Source of the DNA: Hypanus sabinus
Taxonomy: Eukaryota
Direction of reading: 5' to 3'
Assembly (NCBI RefSeq): GCF_030144855.1
Contig: NC_082726.1
Span: 48,546,001-48,610,000, forward strand
DNA length: 64,000 nucleotides
Shown piece by piece: positions 51,398-63,903 of this stretch. The notes under the pieces were generated by a model that made no database searches, was not told where the DNA came from, and saw nothing but the letters and a program-made list of their open reading frames with translations. The stretch's first letter is position 1; the number at the start of each line of letters is the position of its first letter. The position numbers and the translations under genes are program-made.

Positions 51398-51425
51398 CTG
51401 TCCAATCGGACAAGCTCGTGGGCTC
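51398..51425 (-). CDS. VSIR: VISTA 28-nt micro-exon (equivalent of human exon 5)
   Basis: Minus strand ttattgcag|GAGCCCACGAGCTTGTCCGATTGGACAG|gtaagt; phase 1-2. Encodes (R)AHELVRLD(S) versus human RAQELVRMDS. Confidence 0.93.
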
Positions 51426-52543
51426 CTGCAATAAAAATAAGATCAGGTAGTAATTGCCGAGTTTTTCAAATTCCATAGAAATAACATTGTCGATATTTTG
51501 CAGCTAAGTTGCACTTAGGATACGGTAGTGGATCATTTAACATGTGACCTCATAGAAAGATGTAGGTGCCATGCAAAGCCTCTTCGCACCATCTGTATCT
51601 AATGCAATCTTCCACAGTCTCCTTGTTAGCTTACACAATTTTCCTTTTCAAGCATCGTGCATGGTTAAAGGTTGGTTGTACCAGAGAGATTTGGTGATGT
51701 TGATGCTATCGCTCTTGTACTAGCGTGGCTGCGTCATGGAGCAGTGTGAAAGAAGAGGAGGAGTAGGAAAGTGCAGTCTGATATCTAATTAAAATCAGCA
51801 GTAGCTGAAACTTCTGAAATTCATTTGTCAAACCCTGATTTTCCTGGTGGGGGACATCACCTTTAAATTATGCTGACATTGATAGACTTTCTCCGATAAT
51901 CAAACCACAAGCTCTGGTGCTTTGATTTTAAGTTGAGACTGCAGAATAAAATTGTGGAGGTGCTGCCCTGCAAAATGAGTTTTGTTCCACGACTCTACTT
52001 GAGGACATGAGAAGTAGCAGCAGGGGATGCCCTGCTCCCTGATTCTTTGAGTCAGCTCTCCAATTTAACCTGGGAAAATGTTTATCGCAGCAGTATCGAA
52101 ACTGGTCCCCATAACCCCTCATGACCCGATCATCAAAAAATCTGTTAGACAGGCCTCTTTATTGACTACGCCTGTGATAAGGTCATAAAACCAGCTCTGT
52201 CTTAAATAGCAGGTTCATCTACCTAAGGCTATGCTCCCTTTTTCTATGTTCTCCAGAGTGTGGAAACAGTCTCTTAGCACTGCCTTGTTAATCCTGCCAA
52301 AATTTCTTTCATTTGGAATACCTCACTTTTTTGACCATTTCATTGGTTTGATCCCTCTCAACTCGATGTCTCCTCAACCTTCTTCCCAGTGAATAGGCTA
52401 TTTGGTTGGCTAACATAGGTGTAAGTGTAACAGGCAGTGCATGAGGTTTTGCATGGTGAGACTAGCAATGCATCAGTTATTGCGGGACAAAAAAACCTGC
52501 TAATGCACAAGACATCGCAGATGAGGCTGGCCATGTGTGAAGA

Positions 52544-53372
52544 TTTTTTTTCCTTTTTTTTTATCATAAAAGAAATTTTTTATATTTAAAAAAAAGTCAA
52601 CCCCCTACCAACTACCAAAGAAAAAAGCTGATGGATGACAATGGATAATTGGGGGGGGGGGGGGAAGACATATTCACTTAAGAAGAGAAGATAAAAATAT
52701 ACATAAAAGTCTGTGCACTGTTAAACTTTATAAATTGGAAAAGTAATTTAGGAAAGGTCCCCAAATATCATAAAAAGATTGTTTCGAATTTAAGACTGAG
52801 CAGCGGATCTTTTCTAAATTTAAATAAGACATAATATCACGTAGCCATTGAAGATGTGTAGGAGGGGTAGACTCCTTCCATTTAAGTAAGATTGCTCTTC
52901 TTGCTAAAAGAGAAGTAAAAACTAAAACCTGTAGGTTAGGAGTATTTAAGGTTATATCTTCATTTGCAATAATACCAAACAAGGCAGTAAGGGGATTTGG
53001 GTCAAATTGGACCCGAAAAAAGTTGTGAGAAGGTATGGAATACATCCCACCAAAACTTTTCAATTGTAGGGCAAAACCAAAACATATGAATTAAAGAGGC
53101 ATCAGCAGAGTTACATTTATTACAAAGTGGAGAAACATTCGGATAAAAACTGGACAGCTTCTGTTTAGAAATGTAAGCTCTATGAACCACTTTAAATTGT
53201 AGAAGAGAATGACGAGCACAGAAAGATGACTTATTAACCAGTTTAAGAATTTTATTCCATCTATCATCAGAAATCTGACAACTTAGGTCATCTTCCCAAG
53301 CTTTTTTTATTTTATCTAAAAAGTCTTGTCTAGAATCAATCAACAAGTTATAGATACCGATAATAGAACCAT
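52544..53372 (-). mobile_element. 5'-truncated L1-clade LINE (ORF2 C-terminal zinc-binding region, 3' UTR, A-rich tail)
   Basis: HSLLQFKVVHRAY...CNKC......LIHMFWFCPTIEKFW and LLARRAILLKWK..PP..QW...IWGPF in ORFs 53002..53514 and 52728..53063; T-runs at ~52544-52562. Confidence 0.88.
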
Positions 53373-54447
53373 TAAGAACATAAGAACATAAGAGATAGGA
53401 GCAGGAGTAGGCCAATCGGCCCCTCAAGCCTGCTCCGCCATTGAACAAGATCATGGCTGATCCAATCTTAACTCTAGTTTTCACCGAATCCCACAAGGCA
53501 ACAGTGCCAACCAACAGGGCACCATGCCGCCCATTTTATTTTATTATTCATCCTGCCCAAACCCATGTGATCACCCGGGGAAAAAAAAATGATTTGCCAA
53601 ATGAGGAGAAAAAATTCTGGAAAATTCCTCTCCGACCCAAACAGGCTATCGAAAACTGGTCCAGGAGATCACATGGCTGATCTAAACCTCGCCTCATGTC
53701 CACTTACCTGCTCGCTCACCGTATCCCCTAATGCCATTTTTATCCAGGAAAATGTCTATCTCCGTTTTGAATTTATTGAGTGTAGTAGCTTCCACAGCTC
53801 TCTGGGGCAGTAAATTCCACAGCCCCACTACCCTCTGAGTGAAGAAATTTCTCCTCATCTCAGTCCTGGAACGGCATCCCCTTATTTTAAGATTATGCCC
53901 CCTAGTCCTAGTTTCACCCATCATTGGGAACATTCTCCCCGCATCCACCCGATCAAGCCCCTTCACAATCTTATATGTTTCAATAAGATTGCCTCTCATT
54001 CTTCGGAACTCCAATGAGTAGAGTCCCAATCTACTCAACCTCTCATCATACATCAACCCACCCATCCCCGGAATTAACCTAGTGAACCTTCTCTGCACTG
54101 CCTCTAGAGCCAGTATGTCCTTTCTTAAATATGGACACCAGAACTGCATGCAGTACTCCAGGTGTGGTCTCACCAATACCCGGTACAACTGCAGTAAAAC
54201 CTCCCTGTTATTATACTCCATCCCCCTAGCAATAAAAGCCAGCATTCCATTGGCCTTCTTGACCACCTGCTGCACTTGCATACTAACTTTTTGTGTTTTC
54301 TGCACCAGGACCCCCAGACCCCTTTGCACAGAAGCACTTTCCAGTTTCTCCCCATTTAGATAATAACTTGCTCTATTATTTTTCCTGCCAAAGTGCAAGA
54401 CCTCACACTTGTCAGTATTATATTTCATCTGCCAAATGTCTGCCCAA
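53373..54447 (-). mobile_element. Young 5'-truncated CR1 LINE
   Basis: Uninterrupted ORF 53694..54461 (WADIWQMKYNTDKCEVLHFGRKN...LVRPHLEYC..FW.PY...RRNFFTQRVVGLWN); (TTCTTATG)n-type tail at 53373-53395. Confidence 0.92.
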
Positions 54448-54919
54448 TGGTGGGCCTCCAACTGTCAGTCTCGGTAGAGGATGTGAGGGGAAGTAACTAG
54501 TTGTTGCAGGCTGCATCTGTCAATGATTCAGACACAGGGAGCCAAATCGGAACGTGTGATGGTTGTTGCAAGGCACATCTGTATGCGTGTCAGTCGCTGT
54601 AGTATATGCTTGGTGGGGTATCTGTAATGCAGGGTGAGTCTGTGAAGGTGCAAGTCATGCCAGGGTGATAGTCCTCTGTAGGTCATCTTTGAGACAGTGT
54701 CATTAATACAAAAAAAACCCCTATATCCTTGTATATACTTAGCAAAGTTGCTCTGCTCAAAAGCTGATTTTTATATTGTGGCTTTGTAATTTTTTTAAAA
54801 TTGCTGCTATTTGGAATTTGTGTCCATGCTGAGTGTCAGCTGTTCAAAGCAGTGAACTTCTGAGCTCTACTGTTTTCAACATGGCACTAACCAGATGCTT
54901 GAGCTGGTCTGTTACTTAC

Positions 54920-55030
54920 TTCTCCTGGTGACTGTCTCCTTCCTTTGTTTGTATATGAGCAACAGAATCAAGGGGAGCGACAAGATGGTGATCACACATC
55001 CCATTGTGGCCAAGATGATAGCTGTGTTGG
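54920..55030 (-). CDS. VSIR: VISTA transmembrane exon (equivalent of human exon 4)
   Basis: Minus strand accatag|CCAAC...AGGAGAA|gtaagt; 111 nt, phase 1-1. Encodes (A)[36 protein letters not shown] versus human [36 protein letters not shown]. Confidence 0.95.
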
Positions 55031-55857
55031 CTATGGTGATAAGCAAAAGGCAAATGATTATTCAGTGTGTTCTTGTATCACATCTGAGCTGTCTGAACTG
55101 TATTAAACGGATCTACAGCATCATAGAATGAAGCAAACAGGACATCTCCAGTCTTGTCGCCATTGTTTAGTAAATATTACTACTTCAAATATCTATGCAA
55201 TTTTCTCTGAAAGATGCTAATATTTGCTATTGCATTAAAAGAATCAAAATCAGGTTTAATATTACTGGCATATGTAGTGAAATTTGTTAACTTGCAGCAG
55301 CAGTACAATGCAATACATGGTAAGTATGGATAAAACTGTGAATTGCAATAAGTATATATATATAATTATTTAAACTAAATAAGTAGTGCAAAACAGGAAT
55401 AAAAAAGTAGTGAGGTAGTGCTCATGGGTTCAATGTTCATTTAGGAAATGGATGGCAGAGGGGAAGAAGTTGTTCCTGAATTACTGACTGTGTGACTTTT
55501 GACTTCTGTACCTCCTTCCTGATGTAACAATGAGAGGGGGGCATGTTCTGGGTGGCGGGGGTCCTTAATGATGGGCACCGCCTTTCAGAGGCACCACGCA
55601 TTAAAGATGCCTTGGATACTATGGAGGCTAGTACCCATAATGGTCCTTCACCGTGATGGTACCCATGATGGAATTCCGTGGACAATTCATCTATCTTTCA
55701 TAACACAACCCATGTCCAGAATAGATAGACTAAAGAGGCTTACTCTGACTTGCCTTTTTTTTTGCACTATGATCTTTGTGCCATTTCTATTTATTATTAC
55801 CACATACATTGTCTATGTGAGCTTCATGCAAATGAGGAGTTTCATTGCACTTTGATG

Positions 55858-56385
55858 TACTTGGTGGCCACTATATTAGGTACACCTGAACCCCTGCTTT
55901 CTAATGTAAATGTGTAATCAGCCAATCATGTAGCAGCAACTCATTGTGTAATAGAATGCAGGTATCGTCAAGAGGTCTAGTTGTTGTTCAGACAAAATTC
56001 AGAATGGGGAAGAAATGTGATCTAAGTGACTTTGACGGCGGAATGATTGTTGGTACCATTGGGGTGGTTTGAGTATCTCAGAAACTGCTGATCTCCTGAG
56101 ATTTTCACACACAATAGTCTCTAGAGTTTATACAAAATGGTGTGAAAAACAAAAAATCATCCAGTGAATTACAGACCTGTGGTCGAGAATGCCTTGTTAA
56201 TGAGAGAGGTCAGAGGAGAACGGCCAGACCAGTTCAACCTGACAGGAAGGCAACAGTACCATGCGTAACAACAGTGGTGTGCAGAAGGCACAAGATTTTG
56301 AACCTTGAAGTGGATGGGCTACGGCAGCAAAAGACCACGGACATACATTCAGTAGCCACTTACCTAATGAAGGGGCAGCTGAATG
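55858..56385 (+). mobile_element. Internally deleted Tc1-like DNA transposon
   Basis: TIR-like gtggccactatattaggtaca; MGKKCDLSDFDGGMIVG...LSISETADLLRFSHTIVSRVY and LVNERGQRRTARPVQPDRKATV. Confidence 0.8.
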
Positions 56386-57747
56386 TCTCTTTCATAGCAC
56401 AGCCCATTGTTCAGAATAGGTAGATTAAAGAGAGCTTCCCCCGACTTGCCTTTTTTTGCACTACAGTCTGTGCCATTTTGTGGTCTTGTACTCTGTATTT
56501 GTTATTACCATATACATTGTCTACGTGAGCTTCATGAAAATGAGGAATTTCAATCCACTCTGGTGTATGTGACAATAAATCAAGTCTAATCCTTTGGACT
56601 GGATTTTGATCTTGTGATAGTTCGTCAATAGCGAATTAAACCCAGAGTGTGCAGTTGTCACAGATACAGTGGTCATGATGTAGAAAGGATATAGTTTGCT
56701 GTGTTGAATTACATAGTGAGTAAAGTGTGCAAATCACATTTATTGACTTAATTGTTAGTTTTATTGAATTATTCCAAAGACAAAGTAATTTGTCCTCAAT
56801 CGCTTGCATTAAATGCATGACCAAGGTCACGGTTGAATTTATTGCCATATGCACAAATACACGTACATGCAATTGTGATGGGTAAACCTACTTGCTACAG
56901 CATCACAGCAGCAAAGTAATATTTGAAAATGTCTACCTGAGATCTTCCCCAATTACTGATGTGCAAATATTTAATCAGAGAATTTGCCCAAAATTTTCAG
57001 GATTCATCAGGTTACCCACTTGTGGCTGTTATTCCAACTTGATCCACTTGATCGAGGGGGCATAGGGTCAGATGCTTGTCTAAGGGTGTTTGCAGGTGGT
57101 TTGGTTTGAACTGCAGCAGGTCATGTCAAGAGTTCTCACTCTGTCTCAGAGACTTGAATCTGTACTCTCCTTAAGCAGAGAAACGTTAGAGCTTGGATGG
57201 AGATGTTTAAAACTAAGGTGGGTCTAGTTACCAATAAAGAAAAACCTTAGCTGAAAAGTTAACCATCAATGCACACATTATAAAAATATGTTTCTCACAG
57301 TCCTCTGCCCAGGAACAAAGGGGAAATCATTTTTAAAAGGAGGGAGATGAAGTTGTATGGATAAGGGGAAAGAATGGCATTTAGGAATTGAGTAGATTTG
57401 TCTTTGAAATAGCAAATATACACTCAATGGACTGAATGGCCTCATCTTTTGCAGAGATGTTCCACAGATCTTGCTGAATAAACTGATAGCAAGCTGAATT
57501 GTTTGGGCAAGATTGTGGATCTAGGTTTCCTTGGCAGATGTATTAGACTTCACCTTTGCTCGTGGTCTCATCAATGGACAACAGTGACGGTCTCCAGAAA
57601 GGAAGAGGTTTGCTTGGAATAAGCCAAGCAACCATCTGCCTGAACCGTGGCGGAATGGAGTCACAATATGTTGTGTAATCAGTGGTGTCAGAGATTTAGA
57701 GAGGTGATGAAAATGAGTTGTCCCAAATGCATGGAGGAATATCTTAC

Positions 57748-57816
57748 CTTCTGAGTCTGATGCTCCAATAGCATCTTCAAAAGTACACTCTTGATTGATG
57801 ACCTGAGTTCCATTTG
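57748..57816 (-). CDS. VSIR: VISTA stalk exon (equivalent of human exon 3)
   Basis: Minus strand ttttacag|CAAATGG...TCAGAAG|gtaaga; 69 nt, phase 1-1. Encodes [23 protein letters not shown], keeping the stalk Cys and the DSE end of human GKDAPSNCVVYPSSSQDSE. In frame with the next exon. Confidence 0.85.
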
Positions 57817-58554
57817 CTGTAAAATATGAAAATATTTGGTTTACATAGAACAGTACAGTTCAGGAACAAGCCCTTTGGATAACCTTGTCTGTGCTGAACA
57901 CAATGCCACACTAAATTACATCTCTTCTGCCTGCATGAGATACATGTCCCTCTATTCCCTGCATATTCATGCATGTATGTAAAAACCTCTTTAAACCATT
58001 ATTGTATCTCCTTCCAAAGCTACCCCTGGCAGCCTCTTCCAGACACATACCACTCACTGTGTTAAAGAAATTGCCCCAATGTATTCCCCTTAAACTCCCC
58101 CCTTCTCATATTTGACACATTTTTACCCTGAGTGGGGAAAAAACAGTGACCTCTTTGAAGATCACTATCATAGATTGACTGTAGTCCCTTCTTATGCAAA
58201 ATAATTATGAATTAGGGAAATTCCATGACATGTCTCACTCATTCTGTTAAAATTACCACCACAGGTATCCCTGTTGCACATCTTCTCTAGAAGCTCACTC
58301 AAGTGTCAATGCACTTAATAGTCTTGAGTTTTTCATTTACCAATTTAATTGGAGGAGCTTACATTTATATATCTTCCCCAACCTCTGGTGCGATACCAAA
58401 CAGCTACTTAAGCAACATAAGAAATGTCGCAGCTCTTATGTACAGAGTAAGATCCCATAGAGCATATGCATTAGTGGAGGCATTGTAGCCAGTCAGGAGG
58501 TTGTGAGACTGAAACGTATTCTCCTACTTCACTACAGCTGTAGAAGAATTGGGG

Positions 58555-58950
58555 GAGGGGTATCTCATTGAAGTCTATTGAATACTGAAAGTTCTCAATA
58601 GAGTGGACGTGGAGAAGATGTTTCCTATAGTGGGGGAGTCTAGGACCAGAGGTCACATGTTCAGAGTATTCTCTAAGGACATTCTCTTAGAACAGAATTA
58701 AAGAAGAATTTCTTTAGCCAGGAGATGGTAAATCTGTGGAAGTTATTGCCATAGGTGGCTGTGGAGGCCAAATCTTTGCATATATTTAAAGCAGAGATAG
58801 ATAGATTCTTGATTAGAAAGGGCTTCAAAGGTTATGGGGAGAAGGCAGAGAATAGGATTAAGAGGGATAATCAATCGGCTGTGATGAAATGGCAGAGCAG
58901 ACTCGATGGGATGAATGGTCTAATTCTGCTCTGAAGTCTTTTGGTCTAAA
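58555..58950 (+). mobile_element. CR1 3' fragment (similar fragments at ~16800-17060, ~37640-37930 and ~42975-43340)
   Basis: gtggacgtggagaagatgtttcctatagtgggggagtctaggaccagagg...ctgtggaggccaa...gatggg..gaatgg..taattctgctc. Confidence 0.75.
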
Positions 58951-60186
58951 GGGGATGTTCGAGGAGAACTGTACCCTATCCCTAACCCTCTCAACCCTAT
59001 TTTCCTGACTTTTCCCTTTAACCTATAATGCCCTTACTGATCAAGAACCTGTCACCCTCCATTTTAGATAAACCCTATGACTTGGCCTCCACTGCTTTCT
59101 TTGGCAATGAAGTCCACCAATTCACCACCTTCTAGCTAAGGAATTTATTTTTAACCTTAATTTGACCAGTCTCTCTGTAGCACATGCCTTCTAAACCAAA
59201 CCCCATCCTGATAATCCAAAGGCTGTGCATACTTCCAATAATGTGGTGACCAGATATTAGTTAATTGAATGGCAGGACAGGTGTGAGGGATCAGATAGCC
59301 TTCTGCATCAGTTGCTTGTATTCTTGTGTTCCTCTTGGTGTACCAAGTGCACTGCAAACAGAAGGAGCAAGCAATCTGCTGGAGGATTTTGTCCCAAAAT
59401 ATTGACATTTCCTTTCCTCCCATAGTTGCTATTTGACCCCCTGAGATCCTCCAGCGATTGTTTGCTGCTCCAATTCAACCATCTACAGTGTCTGGTGTCT
59501 CTTCTGCAAACAGAGCTTCAGTTGAAGTTTCATCCAAAAGGTGCAATTTATGACCGTACAGCACTCCTCTGATTTAGCAGCCAAGAGCCAGCTTAGCTTT
59601 CTGCGCAGCCTCCCTGCTGCTTTTGGATTTATCATATACACTAGTAGTCTGCAAATTTCCTGTAAGAGTGACTTCAGGTGCAAATGAGGTGTTGCATGTT
59701 TTAACATTAATTCTGCAATAGGATTTTAACTATACCAGCTTTTGAACTTCCTCTGTAGTGCTTGGGAGTTTTGGTCTAAGTAGCATGCTTAAATCTCTCA
59801 ATTCATGACATTTCTTGTCAAAGTTGCCAACTGAGTCATTGGTGAATCTGTGGAATTCATTGTCACATTTGTCTATGGATATATGTCTTTGGATATATTT
59901 AAAGCAAAGTTTCATAGGTTCTTCATTAGTAAGAACATCAAAATTTATGGGGAGAAGCCAGAAGCTATGTACTTATATTTATTGTGTGTTTGTTTATCAT
60001 GCTCTTTATCTGATTGTGTTTTTCTTGTGCTGTATCGGATTCGAAGTAACAATTATTTTGTCTCCTTTACACTTGTGTACTGGAAATGGCATTTAACTGT
60101 CTTGAAATCAGCTATGATCTAATGGTGGAGCAGACTTGATGGGCAAAACGGCTTAATTCTGCTCTTATATCTTATATATTATATCG

Positions 60187-60626
60187 TGAACATAGCCCAG
60201 CACATCACACAAACCAATCTTCCATCCTTGGACTCACTTTACACCACACACTGTCGGAGCAGTGCTGCCAGGATAATCAAGGACACGACCCACCCAGCCA
60301 ATACACTTTTTGTCCCTCTTCCCTCTGGGAGAAGGTTCAGGAGCTTGAAGATTCATACGGCCAGATTTGGGAACAGCTTCTTTCCAACTGTGATAAGACT
60401 GCTGAACGGATCCTGACCCAGATCTGGGCCGTACCTTTCAAATAGCCAGACCTGACTTGCACTACCTTACTTTACCTTTTCTATTTTCTAATTATGATTT
60501 ATAATTTAAAAATTTATTTCTATTTACTTCATTTTGTACTTCAGGGAGCACGAAGCGCGGAATCAAATATCGCTGTGATGATTGTACGCTCTAGTATCAA
60601 TTGTTTGGTGGCAATAAAGTAAAGTA
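60187..60626 (+). mobile_element. Rex1-like LINE 3' fragment
   Basis: ORF 60186..60416 IIKDTTHPANTLFVPLPSGRRFRS...FGNSFFPTVIRLLN; aataaagtaaagta tail. Confidence 0.8.
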
Positions 60627-63600
60627 ATTATATCTTATGGTCTTCTGAATATTTATCAAGATTCAAATTTATTTATCTTGTCTACATCAAAACATACAGT
60701 GAAATTCTTCATTTGCATTAACAACCAACACACTCAGGGGGGTTGCTGGGGCCCTTAAGTGTCTCCACATATTCTGGCACCAACATTGGTATACCTACAA
60801 TGGCCAGCAGAACAACACAGAATACAACAGGGCAAGCAACAGAAGCCTTATTCCTACTACATATCATCCACCCATGCACACACACAGTCCTCTAACCACA
60901 GCGGACTTGGACATGGGCTCGAGCTCACAGACATTGGGCAACAACTTCCCCAGCAAACTCAGAACTGAAAAAAACAATTAAATCTGAGCCATGGCCTCAA
61001 CAGGAATGGCAGCTCAGCACCATCTTGATTCCTGTCATTTCAAATGCTTGTACCCAACCCTAACCTTCATACTCTGCCTATCTTGTGTTTCTGTACAATG
61101 ATTCATTGAGGGATGGAACCATTAGCAATGTTGCACAGTTTGTGACACACACATCTTTTTTTTGTTTTAGAGATACAGTGTGGAAGAGCCACTTCCAGCT
61201 CAATGAGCCACAACAATCCACCTATTGAACCCTAGCCTAATCACAGGACAATTTACAATGACCAGTTAACCTACTAACCAGTACGATTTTGGAAATGGGA
61301 GAGAACCGTAGCAGCCAGAGGTAACCCATGCATTTCACAGGGAGGACCTACAAGCTCCTTACAGACAGCATTGAAATTGATTTTGTTGTGCTAACCACTA
61401 TGCTACCATGGTGACAAATCTCTTCCCAGTTGCTGCCACATTCACATGTATTTCAAGGTGTCGGAAACATACTATTGTGTTTAATAAACGACGTGCACCA
61501 GGAGATATTTCAGTATTGACCTGGCTAGAAGAAAGATTTCCATCTCAATAACACCCTTCGCCTGTATTCCAGCAAGTCCCAAAGCACTTTACTGGTAATA
61601 AAGAGGTTTTGAAATGCTCCATGTAGAAAACATGGTGGCCAATTAGCATCAAGCAAACTCACCGCAAACTGCATTATCTTCAGGGACAAATGATCTACTT
61701 TGATGCTGTTCATTGTGTGATGAATATTGGGCAAGACTGTAAGGATAATCTCCACAGAATAGATCCATGGGGGACATTAAAACCCAAAGGCAGATAGGAA
61801 CAATGGTAAAATATTAACATATGAATTAGGAATAGTTGTAGGCTAGTAAGCTCCTTGATCCTGCCCTGATCTGATTGCAATTACAACTCCAAGTCCCTAT
61901 CTACTCACTGCAACCTTTCACCCCACCCCAGTTTATCAAGGATCTATCTACTTCATTTTAAATGCCTTGGAGTCAGTTAAGTCCACCTGAACTGGCATGC
62001 ATGGTTTTGGTCTAATGTCTCATCCGAAAGAAGGTATCGGCAGTAGTATAGCACTCCCTCATTACTCTGCTGGAGACTGAGTCAGTGATCCTGTGCTCAC
62101 ATCTCTGCAGTGGGTCTTGTACCTGGAGCCTCTTGCGTTGGAGGCAAGAGAAACACACAGCTAACCCAGAAAGGTAATTGAACTTACAGTTCACCAAAAA
62201 ATATTAATTGCACATCATTAAGGTGTACGATTTTCCCCTCATCCATCTCAGGCCTGTGTTGTGCATTTAACTGAAATAGCCTCCATTGCTTTATGCATCG
62301 TCTTTCCAGTCTCAGTCTTTCCAGGTATTGATGGCCCTTTCTGTGAAGATCTATCTCCTGATGTCTGTCAGGTCTCAACTGTTTATTTGGTTGAACTTTG
62401 AAACCCGGGTTCATTGTTTCATATCTATATAGTGTCTTACGTGGTTCCACAAGATTCAAACAATGTCTTCAGAATTTCAATCCTGATTTCCAGTTCTGCA
62501 GTGGAAAATTTGTGTTAAATAGGAATGGGCAAAACTACAACATGCCAGCTCTTTAGCAATAATACCAGATTCTAGTTGAGGAAGTAGGCATGAACAAGCA
62601 ATCAGCTACTCGGCTATATTTTTCATGGTACCCAAATTAATACTTCGAATTACCTTTAGTCTTTACTAATCTTCTAAGAATCTAGACTCGAGTGTTGCTT
62701 ACAATTCCTTCATGTGACATATTAGATTTAAGTTCTTGTGGTTAAAAATATAAACCTTAAGAAAGTGTCTGCTGCAAATAACAAGGTTCACAGGCCACAT
62801 TCTTGAGGTACTCACTTTATAACTTTGGCAGGTTATTCAATATTCATTACTTTGTTTAATTCAATATTTAGTGCCTACTGATATCAGGGGAATGAAGTTG
62901 ATAGGTAATATGTCCATTGAATAGTGCCTAGGAATTCTTAGCCAGTTAGCACAGCTGATAATAGTGACTGGTATACAGATTCTTCAGCACTAAGTCATGT
63001 CATACAGGTGGGAATGTTGAGCTTTGTAAGATCTGGCATATTAACTAAAAACTAGTGGGAGTCTTGCCCTTTATTCACCCAAAATACTGGACCTATATTG
63101 AAATCTGAAGACTGAGTTCACTAGATGCATATTGCCAGTGACTGTGGAACAAAATCACTTGAAATTCAAACCAACAATGACATAAAGCTCCAATGAGCCA
63201 CTATCAAGTTATTCAGAAATCTCAATAGCTTGGCATCTGTCTCACCAAGTGTTGTTTCTAGTATCATTCAGATCCCATTTCCTTGCTCACGAAATTTAAC
63301 AGGTTCTGATTCCCACTCATTCTTTAAGCTCAGCAGGATCCCATTTCCATGTCCCCTTTTAAACTTAGCAGGTTTCTATAAGACTCCACTACACAATAGT
63401 TTAAAATATCCCAGGCTACCACCACCAGAGCATGCGAGATTGATGGAGTTGTACCCAGCTGAATGATTAGAGGAACGGCAGGGGTGTGGAGGTTGGAGGC
63501 TGAAGGATTCGGACTGTCTTGATGTTAGAGGACGATGTATGGGCATGGGTGGGAGGGAAGAAGGGGCCCTGTTTTGCTTTGTTGTTTGTGTTCTGCCAAG

Positions 63601-63704
63601 CATTGTGGTGCTGGAGTGTGTGATGACACTTGCGGGCTGCCCCCAGCACTTCCATGTGTATGATGGTTGTTAACACTTTTGAATGTACATGTGATGTTGT
63701 TATT

Positions 63705-63903
63705 GTTGTTCCTTTTCTTGCCTTGTGGCGCATCGGGCGACATTTTTTTCGCCATTTCTATAGCATTTGACTGTTTTCCTACGGGGCTGAGTTTCTAGCT
63801 CGACACTCACCCCAGCACGGGCGTGCAAGGAGCCGGCCAGATTCGAACTTGGGGCCATTCACCTCGAGGTCAGGTGCTGATGTTACTACACCACCGACTG
63901 GCT
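63705..63903 (-). mobile_element. tRNA-derived SINE (same family)
   Basis: Reverse complement of the 42035 copy, with A/B-box head at the high-coordinate end. Confidence 0.75.

Noticed and set aside
51685-51785. Possible C/D snoRNA or cryptic VSIR exon (TGATG...CTGA; pyrimidine tract on minus)
   Set aside because: C box imperfect and no terminal stem; the cryptic exon would hit an in-frame TAG.
62184-62459. Minus-strand 91-aa ORF ending at a GTAAGT donor-like site, as a possible extra VSIR exon
   Set aside because: No similarity to VISTA or any protein I recognise, and no convincing acceptor.
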